Source: Thermoflexus sp. (GTDB taxonomy: Bacteria; Chloroflexota; Anaerolineae; Thermoflexales; Thermoflexaceae). Taken from it: a DNA stretch of 24,000 nt. The stretch is from assembly GCF_025055495.1 (NCBI RefSeq), contig NZ_JANWXB010000120.1, positions 1 through 24,000 on the forward strand, in the 5' to 3' direction. Positions 8,980 through 17,298 of the stretch are shown piece after piece. How positions within the stretch are numbered: position 1 is the stretch's first letter; each line of letters starts with the position of its first letter. The notes under the pieces were generated by a model. That model was not told where the DNA came from and ran no database searches. It saw nothing but the letters and a program-made list of their open reading frames with translations. The position numbers were made by a program, and so were the translations under genes.

Positions 8980-9701
8980 GCCCGGTCGGGATGGCGGTAG
9001 CGGTCTGGGCCCTCCGCCCTGCGGGCTCCCGGCTGGCGGCCGGAGGGCTGTTGTTGCTCTGGGCCATCCTGGGCGGGATCCTGTTGCTTCATGATGTCTT
9101 CTACACCCGGCTGGATGTCGCGGGTGCCCGCATCCTCTCCCCGGAGGCGCTGGCGGCGGCCAGCGGGATCGATGGGTTGCATATCTTCTGGGTGAACCCG
9201 GAGGAAGCCGCCGCCGCGGTTCGTCATCGGTTCCCCGCTCTGAGGTCTGCAACCGTGCGCTGTCGATGGCCGGCGTTTTGCACCCTTTTCGTCGTGGAAG
9301 GAGAGGCTTCATGGGAGTGGGTGAGCGGAGACCTGCGACTGTTTCTGGATGAGAACGGCCAGGTGATGGAGGGGGATGCCGTAAACGCCCAGCGCCGTCT
9401 GGAGGTTTACGGCCTGCCGCCCCTCGCGCCGGGCCAGCGGGTGGATCCCTGGCTATGGGAGCGCATGCAGGATCTGAGCTGGGCATTCCCGGAGATCCCC
9501 ACATTCCGCTATGAGGCGGGTCGCGGTTTCTCCTTCGTAGATCCTTACGGCTGGCCCGTGCTGCTGGGAGAATTTGGGTCAATGGCGACGCGTGCCGCAG
9601 CCTGGCGGGCGCTGCGCGATCTTCTCGCCGCGCATGGTCAGCGCCCCGCTTATCTCGATCTGCGGGTCCCTGAAGCGCCAACAGTTGGTTTTCAAAATTA
9701 G
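8913..9701 (+). CDS. ftsQ: FtsQ/DivIB-type cell division protein with POTRA-like domain
   Basis: Arg-rich cytosolic segment, single TM (LAAGGLLLLWAILGGILLL), then LDVAGARILSPEALAAASGIDGLHIFWVNPEEAAAAVRHRFPALRSATVRCRWPAFCTLFVVE; located immediately upstream of ftsA/ftsZ. Confidence 0.85.
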   Translation: MAFFQSRRRRAARRRQRTFHSVSPVGMAVAVWALRPAGSRLAAGGLLLLWAILGGILLLHDVFYTRLDVAGARILSPEALAAASGIDGLHIFWVNPEEAAAAVRHRFPALRSATVRCRWPAFCTLFVVEGEASWEWVSGDLRLFLDENGQVMEGDAVNAQRRLEVYGLPPLAPGQRVDPWLWERMQDLSWAFPEIPTFRYEAGRGFSFVDPYGWPVLLGEFGSMATRAAAWRALRDLLAAHGQRPAYLDLRVPEAPTVGFQN

Positions 9702-9729
9702 CGGTTTGCTTTCTCCTGAGGGTTTTGGA

Positions 9730-9797
9730 GGCGAAGCCGGTCGCCGAAGACAACCGCTCTTTAGCCCTCCCCATGCGCTTTCGGGCCGTGGGGAGGG
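9730..9797 (+). repeat. Intergenic hairpin element B (ftsQ/ftsA gap)
   Basis: GGCGA-AGCCGG-TCGCC (9730-9745), then CCCTCCCCA (9765-9773) ... TGGGGAGGG (9789-9797). Contains GGGCCGTGGGGAGGG (9783-9797), identical to 11258-11272. Confidence 0.55.
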
Positions 9798-9876
9798 AGG
9801 GATTCGAGGGAGGTAAGATCATCCACCAGCCAGGCGCATTGGTCCTATTCCTGAAGGGCGTGAGAGGGTGTAGCTT

Positions 9877-11103
9877 ATGACGCTGGTCGCGATGGATATC
9901 GGAACCAGCAAGATCTGCACGCTGGTGGGCGAGGCCGATGAAGCCGGGATGCTTCGCATCCTGGGCGTGGGGGTTGTTCCAGCCCGGGGGATCCGAAGGG
10001 GGGTGGTGGTGAATATCGCCGAGGCCACCGAGGCCATTGCCGCTTCCGTGGAGAAAGCGGAGCGCACGAGCGGCTACCAGATCCGCCGGGCCATCGTGGG
10101 CATCGCTGGGCCTTACGTAGCCTCGGTGAACAGCAAGGGCACCGCCTCCGTGATGCGGGGGGATCGAGGGATCAGCCCGGCGGATGTGCAGCGGGCGGTG
10201 GAGAACGCCCGGACCATCGCCATCCCCCATTCTCACGAGATCCTCCACGTGCTCCCACGCTCCTTCATCGTAGATGGGCAGGAAGGGATTCGGGATCCCA
10301 TGGGGATGTATGGCTTCCGGCTGGAAGCGGAGGTCCACATCGTGACGGCTCAGGTGGGCCCGCTGGCTAACCTGCGGCGGTGCATTGAGGCGGCTCAGAT
10401 CGCGGTGGAAGAGTTCGTCCTCTCCCCCTTGGCTTCGGCCGAGGCCGTGATCACGGAGGGGGAACGGGAGATGGGGGTTGCCCTGGTGGATATCGGGGCG
10501 GGGACGACGGATCTGGCAGTCTTTGTGGAGGGAAACATCGCGCACACAGCGGTGATCCCGGTGGGAGGGCAGCATATCACCAACGATCTGGCCTACGGCC
10601 TGCACGTCCCGGCGACGGTGGCGGAGGAGCTCAAGATCAAATACGGCCATGCGTCGGTCCAGGCCGTCGCGCCGGAAGAACAGATCACCGTTCAGGGTTT
10701 TGGGGAGAACGGCGTGCTGACTTTCTCCCGTCGAGAGATGGCCGAGATCATCGAGGCGCGGGTCCAGGAGATCTTTCAGTTAGTCCTGAAAGATCTGAGA
10801 GCCTCGGGCTACGAACGGTTGCTCCCAGCAGGGCTGGTTCTCTGTGGGGGCACCGCCATGCTATCCGGGATCCGAGAGGTGGCCCGCGAGGTCACCGGGA
10901 TGCCGGTCCGGGTGGGCATGCCCTGGGATCTGGGAGGCTTAGCGGAGACGCTTCGTTCGCCGATGTTTGCGGCGGCGGTGGGCTTGCTCCGCTGGGGCCT
11001 GCGGATGGATATGAGCCCGAGTTATTCTCCATCCGGGGATTCATGGCTGGGCCGTCTCTGGAGGACCTTGCGGGGGATCTTCCGGGAAATGTTGCCGGGG
11101 TAG
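9877..11103 (+). CDS. ftsA: Cell division protein FtsA
   Basis: LVAMDIGTSKICTLVGE, MGMYGFRLEAEVHIVTA, LVDIGAGTTDLAVF, HTAVIPVGGQHITNDLAYGL, LVLCGGTAMLSGI; C-terminal amphipathic segment WLGRLWRTLRGIFREMLPG. Confidence 0.96.
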   Translation: MTLVAMDIGTSKICTLVGEADEAGMLRILGVGVVPARGIRRGVVVNIAEATEAIAASVEKAERTSGYQIRRAIVGIAGPYVASVNSKGTASVMRGDRGISPADVQRAVENARTIAIPHSHEILHVLPRSFIVDGQEGIRDPMGMYGFRLEAEVHIVTAQVGPLANLRRCIEAAQIAVEEFVLSPLASAEAVITEGEREMGVALVDIGAGTTDLAVFVEGNIAHTAVIPVGGQHITNDLAYGLHVPATVAEELKIKYGHASVQAVAPEEQITVQGFGENGVLTFSRREMAEIIEARVQEIFQLVLKDLRASGYERLLPAGLVLCGGTAMLSGIREVAREVTGMPVRVGMPWDLGGLAETLRSPMFAAAVGLLRWGLRMDMSPSYSPSGDSWLGRLWRTLRGIFREMLPG

Positions 11104-11168
11104 AGCGTGCCCTCCCATCGTCTGGAGACACACCCTTCTCGGGGGATTTTATGGGGCTATTGCTTTGT

Positions 11169-11334
11169 CCAGTTATCAACTGGGGATTTGAGGGACCGAA
11201 GCGAGTCCGGAAGGCGATGGCCCCTCCCCCCTTTCTCCCCCCTCCCCAAGGCCCAGAGGGCCGTGGGGAGGGGGGAGAAAACCTCTTTCGGGGGCGGTGC
11301 AGGGGGCCAAAGGCCCCCCGCACCGCCCCCGAAA
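11169..11334 (+). repeat. Intergenic multi-hairpin element C (ftsA/ftsZ gap)
   Basis: CCAGTT-ATC-AACTGG (11169-11183); GGAC...GTCC (11193-11208); 17-bp perfect outer stem TTTCTCCCCCCTCCCCA / TGGGGAGGGGGGAGAAA (11232-11248/11264-11280) with inner GGCCC-AGA-GGGCC; 15-bp stem TTTCGGGGGCGGTGC / GCACCGCCCCCGAAA (11286-11300/11320-11334) with inner GGGGGCC-AAA-GGCCCCC. Confidence 0.8.
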
Positions 11335-11587
11335 ACCCCCAAATGAAAAATGGACAACGCACTAGCCTCCTGACTCACCATCGTCGGGTCGAGAGACGCG
11401 CATCGTTTCGGAGGATGGGCTTCCCAGTTCATTCAATAGGTGCTTCAGAAGACATGCCTTTCGAGAGAGCCGCGAGGCTCCCGACCGGCTCATCCTGCTC
11501 GCCAGGAGCTCTAACATCGGGAATTCCGCCTGAGGCTATCCCTTCTACGCCCAGGCTGATCTGGAACTCAGCAGGAGGAGGTGGACG

Positions 11588-12694
11588 ATGGATGCGATGA
11601 CGACCGGACAGACCCCGGCCAAAATCCGTGTGATGGGTGTGGGTGGCGGGGGCAGCAACGCGGTGAACCGTATGATCGAAGAGGGGCTCCGGGGGGTCGA
11701 GTTCATCGCTGTAAACACCGATGTGCAGGCCCTCTCCTTGGCCAAGGCCGATCGCCGGATTCACATCGGGGAGAAGATCACGCGCGGGCTGGGCGCGGGA
11801 GGGAACCCGGAGATCGGCTATAAGGCCGCAGAGGAGTCGGCGGATCTGATCTACGAGGCGCTCCGCGGTTCGGACATGGTGTTCATCACGGCGGGCATGG
11901 GGGGCGGAACGGGGACGGGCGCCAGTCCGGTGATCGCCCGGATCGCCCGGGAGGTGGGGGCCCTGACCATCGGGGTAGTCACCCGCCCCTTCTCTTTCGA
12001 GGGGCCACGGCGAGCCAAGGCGGCCGAAGAGGGGATCGCCCGTCTCAAGGAGAATGTGGATACCCTCATCGTGATCCCTAACGATCGCCTGCTGGAGATC
12101 ACCGATAAAAAGGTTACCCTGGTGCAGGCCTTCCGGATGGCCGATGAGGTGCTCCGCCAGGGTATTCAGGGGATCAGTGAACTGATCACGGTCCCTGGCC
12201 TGATCAACCTGGATTTCGCTGATGTGCGCGCCATTATGGCCGAGGGCGGCGCGGCCCTGATGGCCATCGGGGAGGCTTCCGGGGAGAACCGGGCGGTGGA
12301 GGCGGCTCAGCAAGCCATCTCCAGCCGGCTTTTAGAGGTCACCATCGACGGGGCGCGAGGGATCCTGTTCAACGTCACGGGCGGGCCTGATCTCACGCTC
12401 CATGAGGTCCATCAGGCAGCGGAGATCATCCGTCAGGCAGCTCATCCGGAGGCCAATATCATCTTCGGCGCGGTCATCGATGAGGCGATGCGGGATCGAG
12501 TGCGGATTACCGTGATCGCGACCGGATTCGAGCGCCCCCCAATTCCCGGTCGCCGTCCCGCTCCAGCGGCTGCGCCCGCCCGGTCCGAATCCGGCGCTCA
12601 TCGCCCTGAGGAGGCTCGGCGCTCAGCCCCCTCCGAGCGCAGCTTTAACGAGGGCGATCTGGATATCCCGGCCTTCCTACGGCGGCGAGGATGA
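11588..12694 (+). CDS. ftsZ: Cell division protein FtsZ
   Basis: [48 protein letters not shown] tubulin signature, C-terminal conserved peptide [13 protein letters not shown]. Confidence 0.98.
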   Translation: MDAMTTGQTPAKIRVMGVGGGGSNAVNRMIEEGLRGVEFIAVNTDVQALSLAKADRRIHIGEKITRGLGAGGNPEIGYKAAEESADLIYEALRGSDMVFITAGMGGGTGTGASPVIARIAREVGALTIGVVTRPFSFEGPRRAKAAEEGIARLKENVDTLIVIPNDRLLEITDKKVTLVQAFRMADEVLRQGIQGISELITVPGLINLDFADVRAIMAEGGAALMAIGEASGENRAVEAAQQAISSRLLEVTIDGARGILFNVTGGPDLTLHEVHQAAEIIRQAAHPEANIIFGAVIDEAMRDRVRITVIATGFERPPIPGRRPAPAAAPARSESGAHRPEEARRSAPSERSFNEGDLDIPAFLRRRG

Positions 12695-12841
12695 GGGCCA
12701 CGGTTCTCCTCAAGCCCTTCCAAGATCTCTGAAGCTTGTTTCGTCGCCATTCTGAGGCTTGAGGAAACGGGGCGGATAGTTTCGCCGCTCGCCCCCCATC
12801 TTGGTGTTCTGTGCGGTTTTCCCAGAGGGGGCTGACACGCC
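12695..12841. terminator. Putative bidirectional termination region between convergent ftsZ and RNase H-like gene
   Basis: Inverted repeat TCCTCAAGCC (12707-12716) / GGCTTGAGGA (12756-12765) and GGGGCG (12769-12774) / CGCCCC (12790-12795) in a convergent gap. Confidence 0.5.
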
Positions 12842-13258
12842 TCAGTGCCCCAGCTCGGACGCTGAGACGGCGCGAGGTTGCCAGACCAACCGGACCTTTC
12901 GAAACCGGCTCAGGCGCTCATGGGCGGCTTCCTGGAGAGGCCGTAGATGAGGGGCGCGAACCCGGAAGGTGCCCCGAAGCTGGGCGATGATCAACTGGCT
13001 ATCTCCCCGAACCTCCAGGGCGAAAGCGGAGGGATCTTTCCCGGCTTTCCGGATCCGATCGATCAGATCATCCAGGGCGGCGATCAGCGTTCGATATTCC
13101 GCTTCGTTATTGGTCATTTTTTCTTCAAAATTTAACCTGCATCGATCCTCTCGCCCATCCCGGGTTCGGATGATGTAGGACCCATAACCGGGGCCTGGAT
13201 TGCCCCGGCTTCCTCCGTCGAAGATGATTACATAATCGAAGGTTGTGGGTTGTGTCAT
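12842..13258 (-). CDS. RNase H-like (RNase HI family / RT-like) protein
   Basis: YVIIFDGGSRGNPGPGYGSYII, NNEAEYRTLIAALDD, ALEVRGDSQLIIAQL carry three of the RNase H acidic motifs; C-terminus ends ...LVWQPRAVSASELGH. Confidence 0.85.
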   Translation of the reverse strand: MTQPTTFDYVIIFDGGSRGNPGPGYGSYIIRTRDGREDRCRLNFEEKMTNNEAEYRTLIAALDDLIDRIRKAGKDPSAFALEVRGDSQLIIAQLRGTFRVRAPHLRPLQEAAHERLSRFRKVRLVWQPRAVSASELGH

Positions 13259-13494
13259 TGCGGAGCCTCTCCAGGAAAGGATGGGGGATAGGCACGGGTC
13301 GTCCCTGCCTATCCCCTTTCGTTGTGGGATTAGGAATCACGCCGTTGGGAGCCTGCTGAGCGAGGTGAGATGACCCCATCCTCCGGATCCCCCAATTCAA
13401 GATAGACAGCACCTGAAAGAACGATCCGTCACAAGTAAACACTGCTTTCAAGGCAACTGCTGCTTGGATCCCTCGCCGGTGTAAAAAGCTCTAT

Positions 13495-13554
13495 CCCCCT
13501 CATTCTCTTCCCTCCCAGCTCTCAGACTTTGGGGGGAGAGGATGAAGGGGAGAG
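13495..13554. repeat. Imperfect C-rich/G-rich intergenic inverted repeat
   Basis: CCCCCTCATTCTCTTCCCTCCCA ... TTGGGGGGAGAGGATGAAGGGG can fold with small bulges. Confidence 0.4.
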
Positions 13555-13747
13555 AGATGGCCTTTTAGGTTGCCTTCCTACTCCCCCAGGAAGATCGTGG
13601 GTTGTGTTATTTTAAGCAATCCGCCGCGATCGGGATTATGATGAATAGCGCAGCAGGTTTCTCGCTCACTTTGCGTGCAGAAATAGGCGGGAGGACTTCG
13701 ATTCGCAACGAAAGGTTAAATAAAACTTTATACCTTCAGGAGCATCT

Positions 13748-15442
13748 ATGGCGCGTCGCGAACGACCTGAAATGGCCGTCTTTATTGATTTTGAGAACAT
13801 TGCCACCGCGGCGGAAAGCCGTTATTACACGCTGGATCTGAATCGCCTGTTTGCAGAGCTCGGGCGAAGGGGGCGGCTGGTCCTGAAGCGCGCCTATGGG
13901 GACTGGTCCCGTTTCACCAAATATCGAGATGAGCTGCTCCGGCACGGGGTGGATCTGGTTCAGATTTATTCCTACGGCCACAAGCTCGCCCGCAACCGCG
14001 CCGATGTCCGCATGGCCATCGATGCGATCGAGACGCTGTTCACCCGGCCGGAGGTCCAGATGTTTGCGATCATCTCGGGGGACAGCGATTTCTCCAGCCT
14101 GATCACCCGCCTTCGGGAGCATGGCAAGCTCGTGATCGGCGTGGGCGTGCAAGGGGCGACCAGCGATCTGATTCCCGCATTGTGCGATGAATTCATCTAT
14201 TATGACACGCTGATCGCGCCAGAAGCGGAAGCCGTGCCCCCGCCATCTCCATCTGCTCCTGAGCCTTCGCTTCCTGCCCTGGCCCCGGAGATCGTGGGGA
14301 CCGTTGAGCGTTACCGCCGCTATCTCCAGGATTGGGGGTTTGTGCTGTTGGAGCCCACGATCCGGCGGATGGGGTTGACCCGCCTCTTCGAGGCCCTGCG
14401 GGCTGGGATCGCCGAGCTCACCCTGGCCCGATGGCTGGACCGGACGAACTGGGAGGGCCTGGAGATCGAAGCTGGCGGCCGCCAGGAGCTCGGATGGTTG
14501 TTGCTTCTGGGCCCGGCCCTGTCCTTCGGCCCTCTTCCACCCTCGTTCTTCACCCCGATTCAGGGAGTGCGGGTTGCGGGCCTGAAGCGGTTCATCGAAG
14601 CGGCGGAGAGCGGGCTGATCCGATTCCTGGGCATGGCGAACTGGCCGCTGGAGCCCGAAGCGCTGGCTTTCCTTCTTGGGCTTCCCGTGATGGAAGTAGA
14701 AGCGATACTTCGCGGGATGGCACGAGAGGGCTTGGTGGCAGCGGAAAACGGGACCTTCCGCTGGATCCCCCACGAAGATCCGTTGCGGGCTCCGGTGTTC
14801 GAGAACCTGCGGGCGGATCTGGCCGGGGTGACCTATCCCTCGGGGATCATGCCTTCGCTGGGGGATGCACGGGCGCTGTTCGAGGAGGGGATGAGCTATC
14901 GGCGGGATCGGAACTTCCCGATGGCGCTGGAGCGCTTCCGGTTGGCTCTGCGGATGACCCTGGATCTGTGGGAGACGCGCACTCCTGGAGTCGGACCCTA
15001 TGAGATCCGCTGGCGGGCGGCCAGCTACTGCTCGGTGCGAGCAGGGGAGCTCTTCAATAATCGCCGGGACTTCGCAGGCTCCCTTCCATACTACTATGCC
15101 TTCCTCGCTCTGATGATCCCAGGGGATCCGGTCTGGGAGAAGCTCCGGGGCCTGGTGGATTTCATGCTCCATTACGCGCTATCGGCTTTCTTTGATAATC
15201 AGGTTCCGGTGACCTCCGGGCCTTTCGCCCGGCGCCTGCTGGAGCTGTTCCATGATCCGGAGCCCACTCGGGCGGAGCGCATCCGGGGATGGATAGCTCA
15301 GGTGGCCCGGTTGAACCCGGCCATCCTTGGATGGCTGCTGGAGCAGCTGACCGGAGTGGAGGCCGGGGAGGAGCAGAAGGAGGCGCTGGAAATCTTTCTG
15401 CGCGGACAGATGCGGGGGACCCTTTTGGTTTCTGTGGGATAG
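13748..15442 (+). CDS. NYN/LabA-like (PIN-like, DUF88-type) protein with extended C-terminal region (winged-helix-like and TPR-like)
   Basis: MAVFIDFENIATAAE, LKRAYGDW, LARNRADVRMAIDAIETLF, MFAIISGDSDFSSLITRLREHGKLVIGVG are NYN motifs. C-terminal FLLGLPVMEVEAILRGMAREGLV and ALFEEGMSYRRDRNFPMALERFRLAL look wHTH- and TPR-like by eye. Confidence 0.85.
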   Translation: MARRERPEMAVFIDFENIATAAESRYYTLDLNRLFAELGRRGRLVLKRAYGDWSRFTKYRDELLRHGVDLVQIYSYGHKLARNRADVRMAIDAIETLFTRPEVQMFAIISGDSDFSSLITRLREHGKLVIGVGVQGATSDLIPALCDEFIYYDTLIAPEAEAVPPPSPSAPEPSLPALAPEIVGTVERYRRYLQDWGFVLLEPTIRRMGLTRLFEALRAGIAELTLARWLDRTNWEGLEIEAGGRQELGWLLLLGPALSFGPLPPSFFTPIQGVRVAGLKRFIEAAESGLIRFLGMANWPLEPEALAFLLGLPVMEVEAILRGMAREGLVAAENGTFRWIPHEDPLRAPVFENLRADLAGVTYPSGIMPSLGDARALFEEGMSYRRDRNFPMALERFRLALRMTLDLWETRTPGVGPYEIRWRAASYCSVRAGELFNNRRDFAGSLPYYYAFLALMIPGDPVWEKLRGLVDFMLHYALSAFFDNQVPVTSGPFARRLLELFHDPEPTRAERIRGWIAQVARLNPAILGWLLEQLTGVEAGEEQKEALEIFLRGQMRGTLLVSVG

Positions 15443-15634
15443 GATTTGCTCAGGCCGCCTTTGTCAGAGGAGCTCATCGGTATCTTCCTCAGTAGCGCTT
15501 ACTTATGGTGGATCGCGCATTCGATTTGCAGGGATGAGTAGGGGTTATGCCCGCTTCCCCGGAGAAGGCGCTTCCACTGGATTTGCCGCCCGAAGTTGCA
15601 CGGGGCGTTAAATTTTTTCTTCGAGGCGATCACG

Positions 15635-17101
15635 ATGTTCATTCGCTGGTTCGGGAAGGCGCTCGCCCTCATCGGGTTCGTGATGATCATCCAGAGTTTG
15701 ATCTGGATGAGCTATGGGGTCATGACGAGCCGGGGACCGGGAAGCCCCATGGATACGCTCAATGGGGTAGAGGGACCCGTGCCTACTCGATCTCCAGAGG
15801 CTGCGCGCACCATTCAACCCACCGCGACGGCGACTCCCACCCCTGCGCCCACTGCCACCCGGCTGCTGTCCCCAGCGACGCCCACCCCGGCTTTCCCGGC
15901 CCGATGGGCGATCACTCCCACCCCCCGGCCAGGGGCCCCGAGAGGAGGTCCGGAGGGAATCCCAGAGCCCCGTCCGCTTCTTTCCTTTCCACCCAAGCGG
16001 GTGAATTTGCTGTTGCTGGGAAGCGATCGGCGGCCAGGGGAACGTCTTGGACGAACCGATACCATCATCCTCGCTTCCATTGATCCGGATGAACCATCGG
16101 TGCGGTTGCTCGGTATCCCGCGGGATCTATGGGTATATATTCCCGGCTGGGGGTTTAATAAAATCAACACCGCCTATGTGCATGGAGAGCTGACCCATTA
16201 TCCCGGCGGAGGCTACGGCCTGCTTCAGGATACGCTTCGCTATAATCTGGGGCTTACCGTTCACGGCTACGCCCTGGTGGATTTCGATGGGATGCGGACG
16301 ATCATCGATACTCTGGGGGGCGTGGATGTGAACGTCCGATGTCCCTTGTATGATGTGTTTCCAGATCCCGATAACCCGGCGATCACGGGGACGCTATCTC
16401 TGCCCACGCCAGGCCGCTATCATCTGGACGGCAAGCATGCCCTGTGGTATATGCGATCCCGGCATTCGACGGGCGATCTTGATCGATCGCGCCGCCAGCA
16501 GCAGGTGTTGGAAGGATTGCTGGATCGACTGAGGGAAGGGGGATGGCTCCTGCGAGTCCCATCGCTCTGGTCCGGGATTCGCCAGACAGTGCAGACAGAT
16601 CTGGGGCTGGATGAGGTGCTCTGGATGGCTTCCGTGGGGCTGCGCCTGGACCGAAGCCGTATCGCCCGTGGATGGCTGCACTCGGTTGTGGAATCCAGGA
16701 GGATCTCCACGACCACGGAGAGTGAGCTGTTTATTTACCTTCCGACAGAGCAAATGTATTCATACCTGGAGCGGTTTCTGCTGGGCCCATTGCCCTCCAG
16801 GGCTTCGCCTGTCGCGCGGGTCGAGGTCATCAATGCCAGCGGGAATTCCCTTTATGGGGAGATGGCGGTGGAGATCCTGCGAGAGGCGGGGTTTGAGGTC
16901 GTTCGGATGGCGGAGGCCGCGCCGGATGGGCGGCCCACTCGGGTGATCGTGATCAGCCCCCCGGGATCCCTCTCGACCACTCAGGCGCTCATGCGGACTT
17001 TCCGGCTCCCGAGCTCGCGTCTGGAGGTGTCTCCAGAGCCGGGTGCGGAGGTTCCTTATCGCGTCTGGCTGGGCTCGGATTTTAATCCCTGCGTGCGGTG
17101 A
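15635..17101 (+). CDS. LytR-CpsA-Psr (LCP) family protein with LytR_C-like domain
   Basis: TM segment, Thr/Pro-rich linker, VNLLLLGSDRRPGERLGRTDTIILASIDP, RLLGIPRDLWVYIPGWGFNKINTAYVHGE, LGGVDVNV, HLDGKHALWYMRSRHSTGDLDRSRRQQQVL; C-terminal VEVINASGNSLYGEMAVEILREAGFEVV. ORF track uses TTG 15596; ATG 15635 follows a GAGG. Confidence 0.92.
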   Translation: MFIRWFGKALALIGFVMIIQSLIWMSYGVMTSRGPGSPMDTLNGVEGPVPTRSPEAARTIQPTATATPTPAPTATRLLSPATPTPAFPARWAITPTPRPGAPRGGPEGIPEPRPLLSFPPKRVNLLLLGSDRRPGERLGRTDTIILASIDPDEPSVRLLGIPRDLWVYIPGWGFNKINTAYVHGELTHYPGGGYGLLQDTLRYNLGLTVHGYALVDFDGMRTIIDTLGGVDVNVRCPLYDVFPDPDNPAITGTLSLPTPGRYHLDGKHALWYMRSRHSTGDLDRSRRQQQVLEGLLDRLREGGWLLRVPSLWSGIRQTVQTDLGLDEVLWMASVGLRLDRSRIARGWLHSVVESRRISTTTESELFIYLPTEQMYSYLERFLLGPLPSRASPVARVEVINASGNSLYGEMAVEILREAGFEVVRMAEAAPDGRPTRVIVISPPGSLSTTQALMRTFRLPSSRLEVSPEPGAEVPYRVWLGSDFNPCVR

Positions 17102-17298
17102 TTCAACCGGTGGGCCCACTCGAATCCGAAGGATCATGGCATATGCCTTGGAACTCGGACCGCTGGCTGCGCCCCAGGGGGAACAGGGGTTTGGATGGTG
17201 GGGCGGGCGGCTTCGCTGCTCCTCCCATCGCTCCATCGGTGGTTGGCCGAAACGGGGTATCGGTCAGCGGATACCCTCCAAACTCTATTGGAGAGTAA
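17098..17298 (+). CDS. Possible 66-aa ORF exactly filling the LCP-smc gap (low confidence)
   Basis: GTG start overlaps the LCP stop (GTGA 17098-17101) and TAA 17296-17298 abuts smc ATG 17299; composition and third-position GC do not look strongly coding. Confidence 0.2.
   Translation: MIQPVGPLESEGSWHMPWNSDRWLRPRGNRGLDGGAGGFAAPPIAPSVVGRNGVSVSGYPPNSIGE

Noticed and set aside
8152-10650. 832-aa minus-strand ORF spanning ddl, ftsQ and the start of ftsA
   Set aside because: It is fully antisense to three well-supported genes. The translation is Pro/Arg/His-rich without recognisable motifs, as expected of shadow ORFs in GC-rich DNA.
13736-15172. 478-aa minus-strand ORF
   Set aside because: Antisense to the NYN gene, which has clear conserved motifs; low-complexity translation.
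15780-15960. Thr/Pro-rich low-complexity tract in the LCP protein
   Set aside because: An ordinary extracellular linker between the TM segment and the LCP domain, without strict periodicity.
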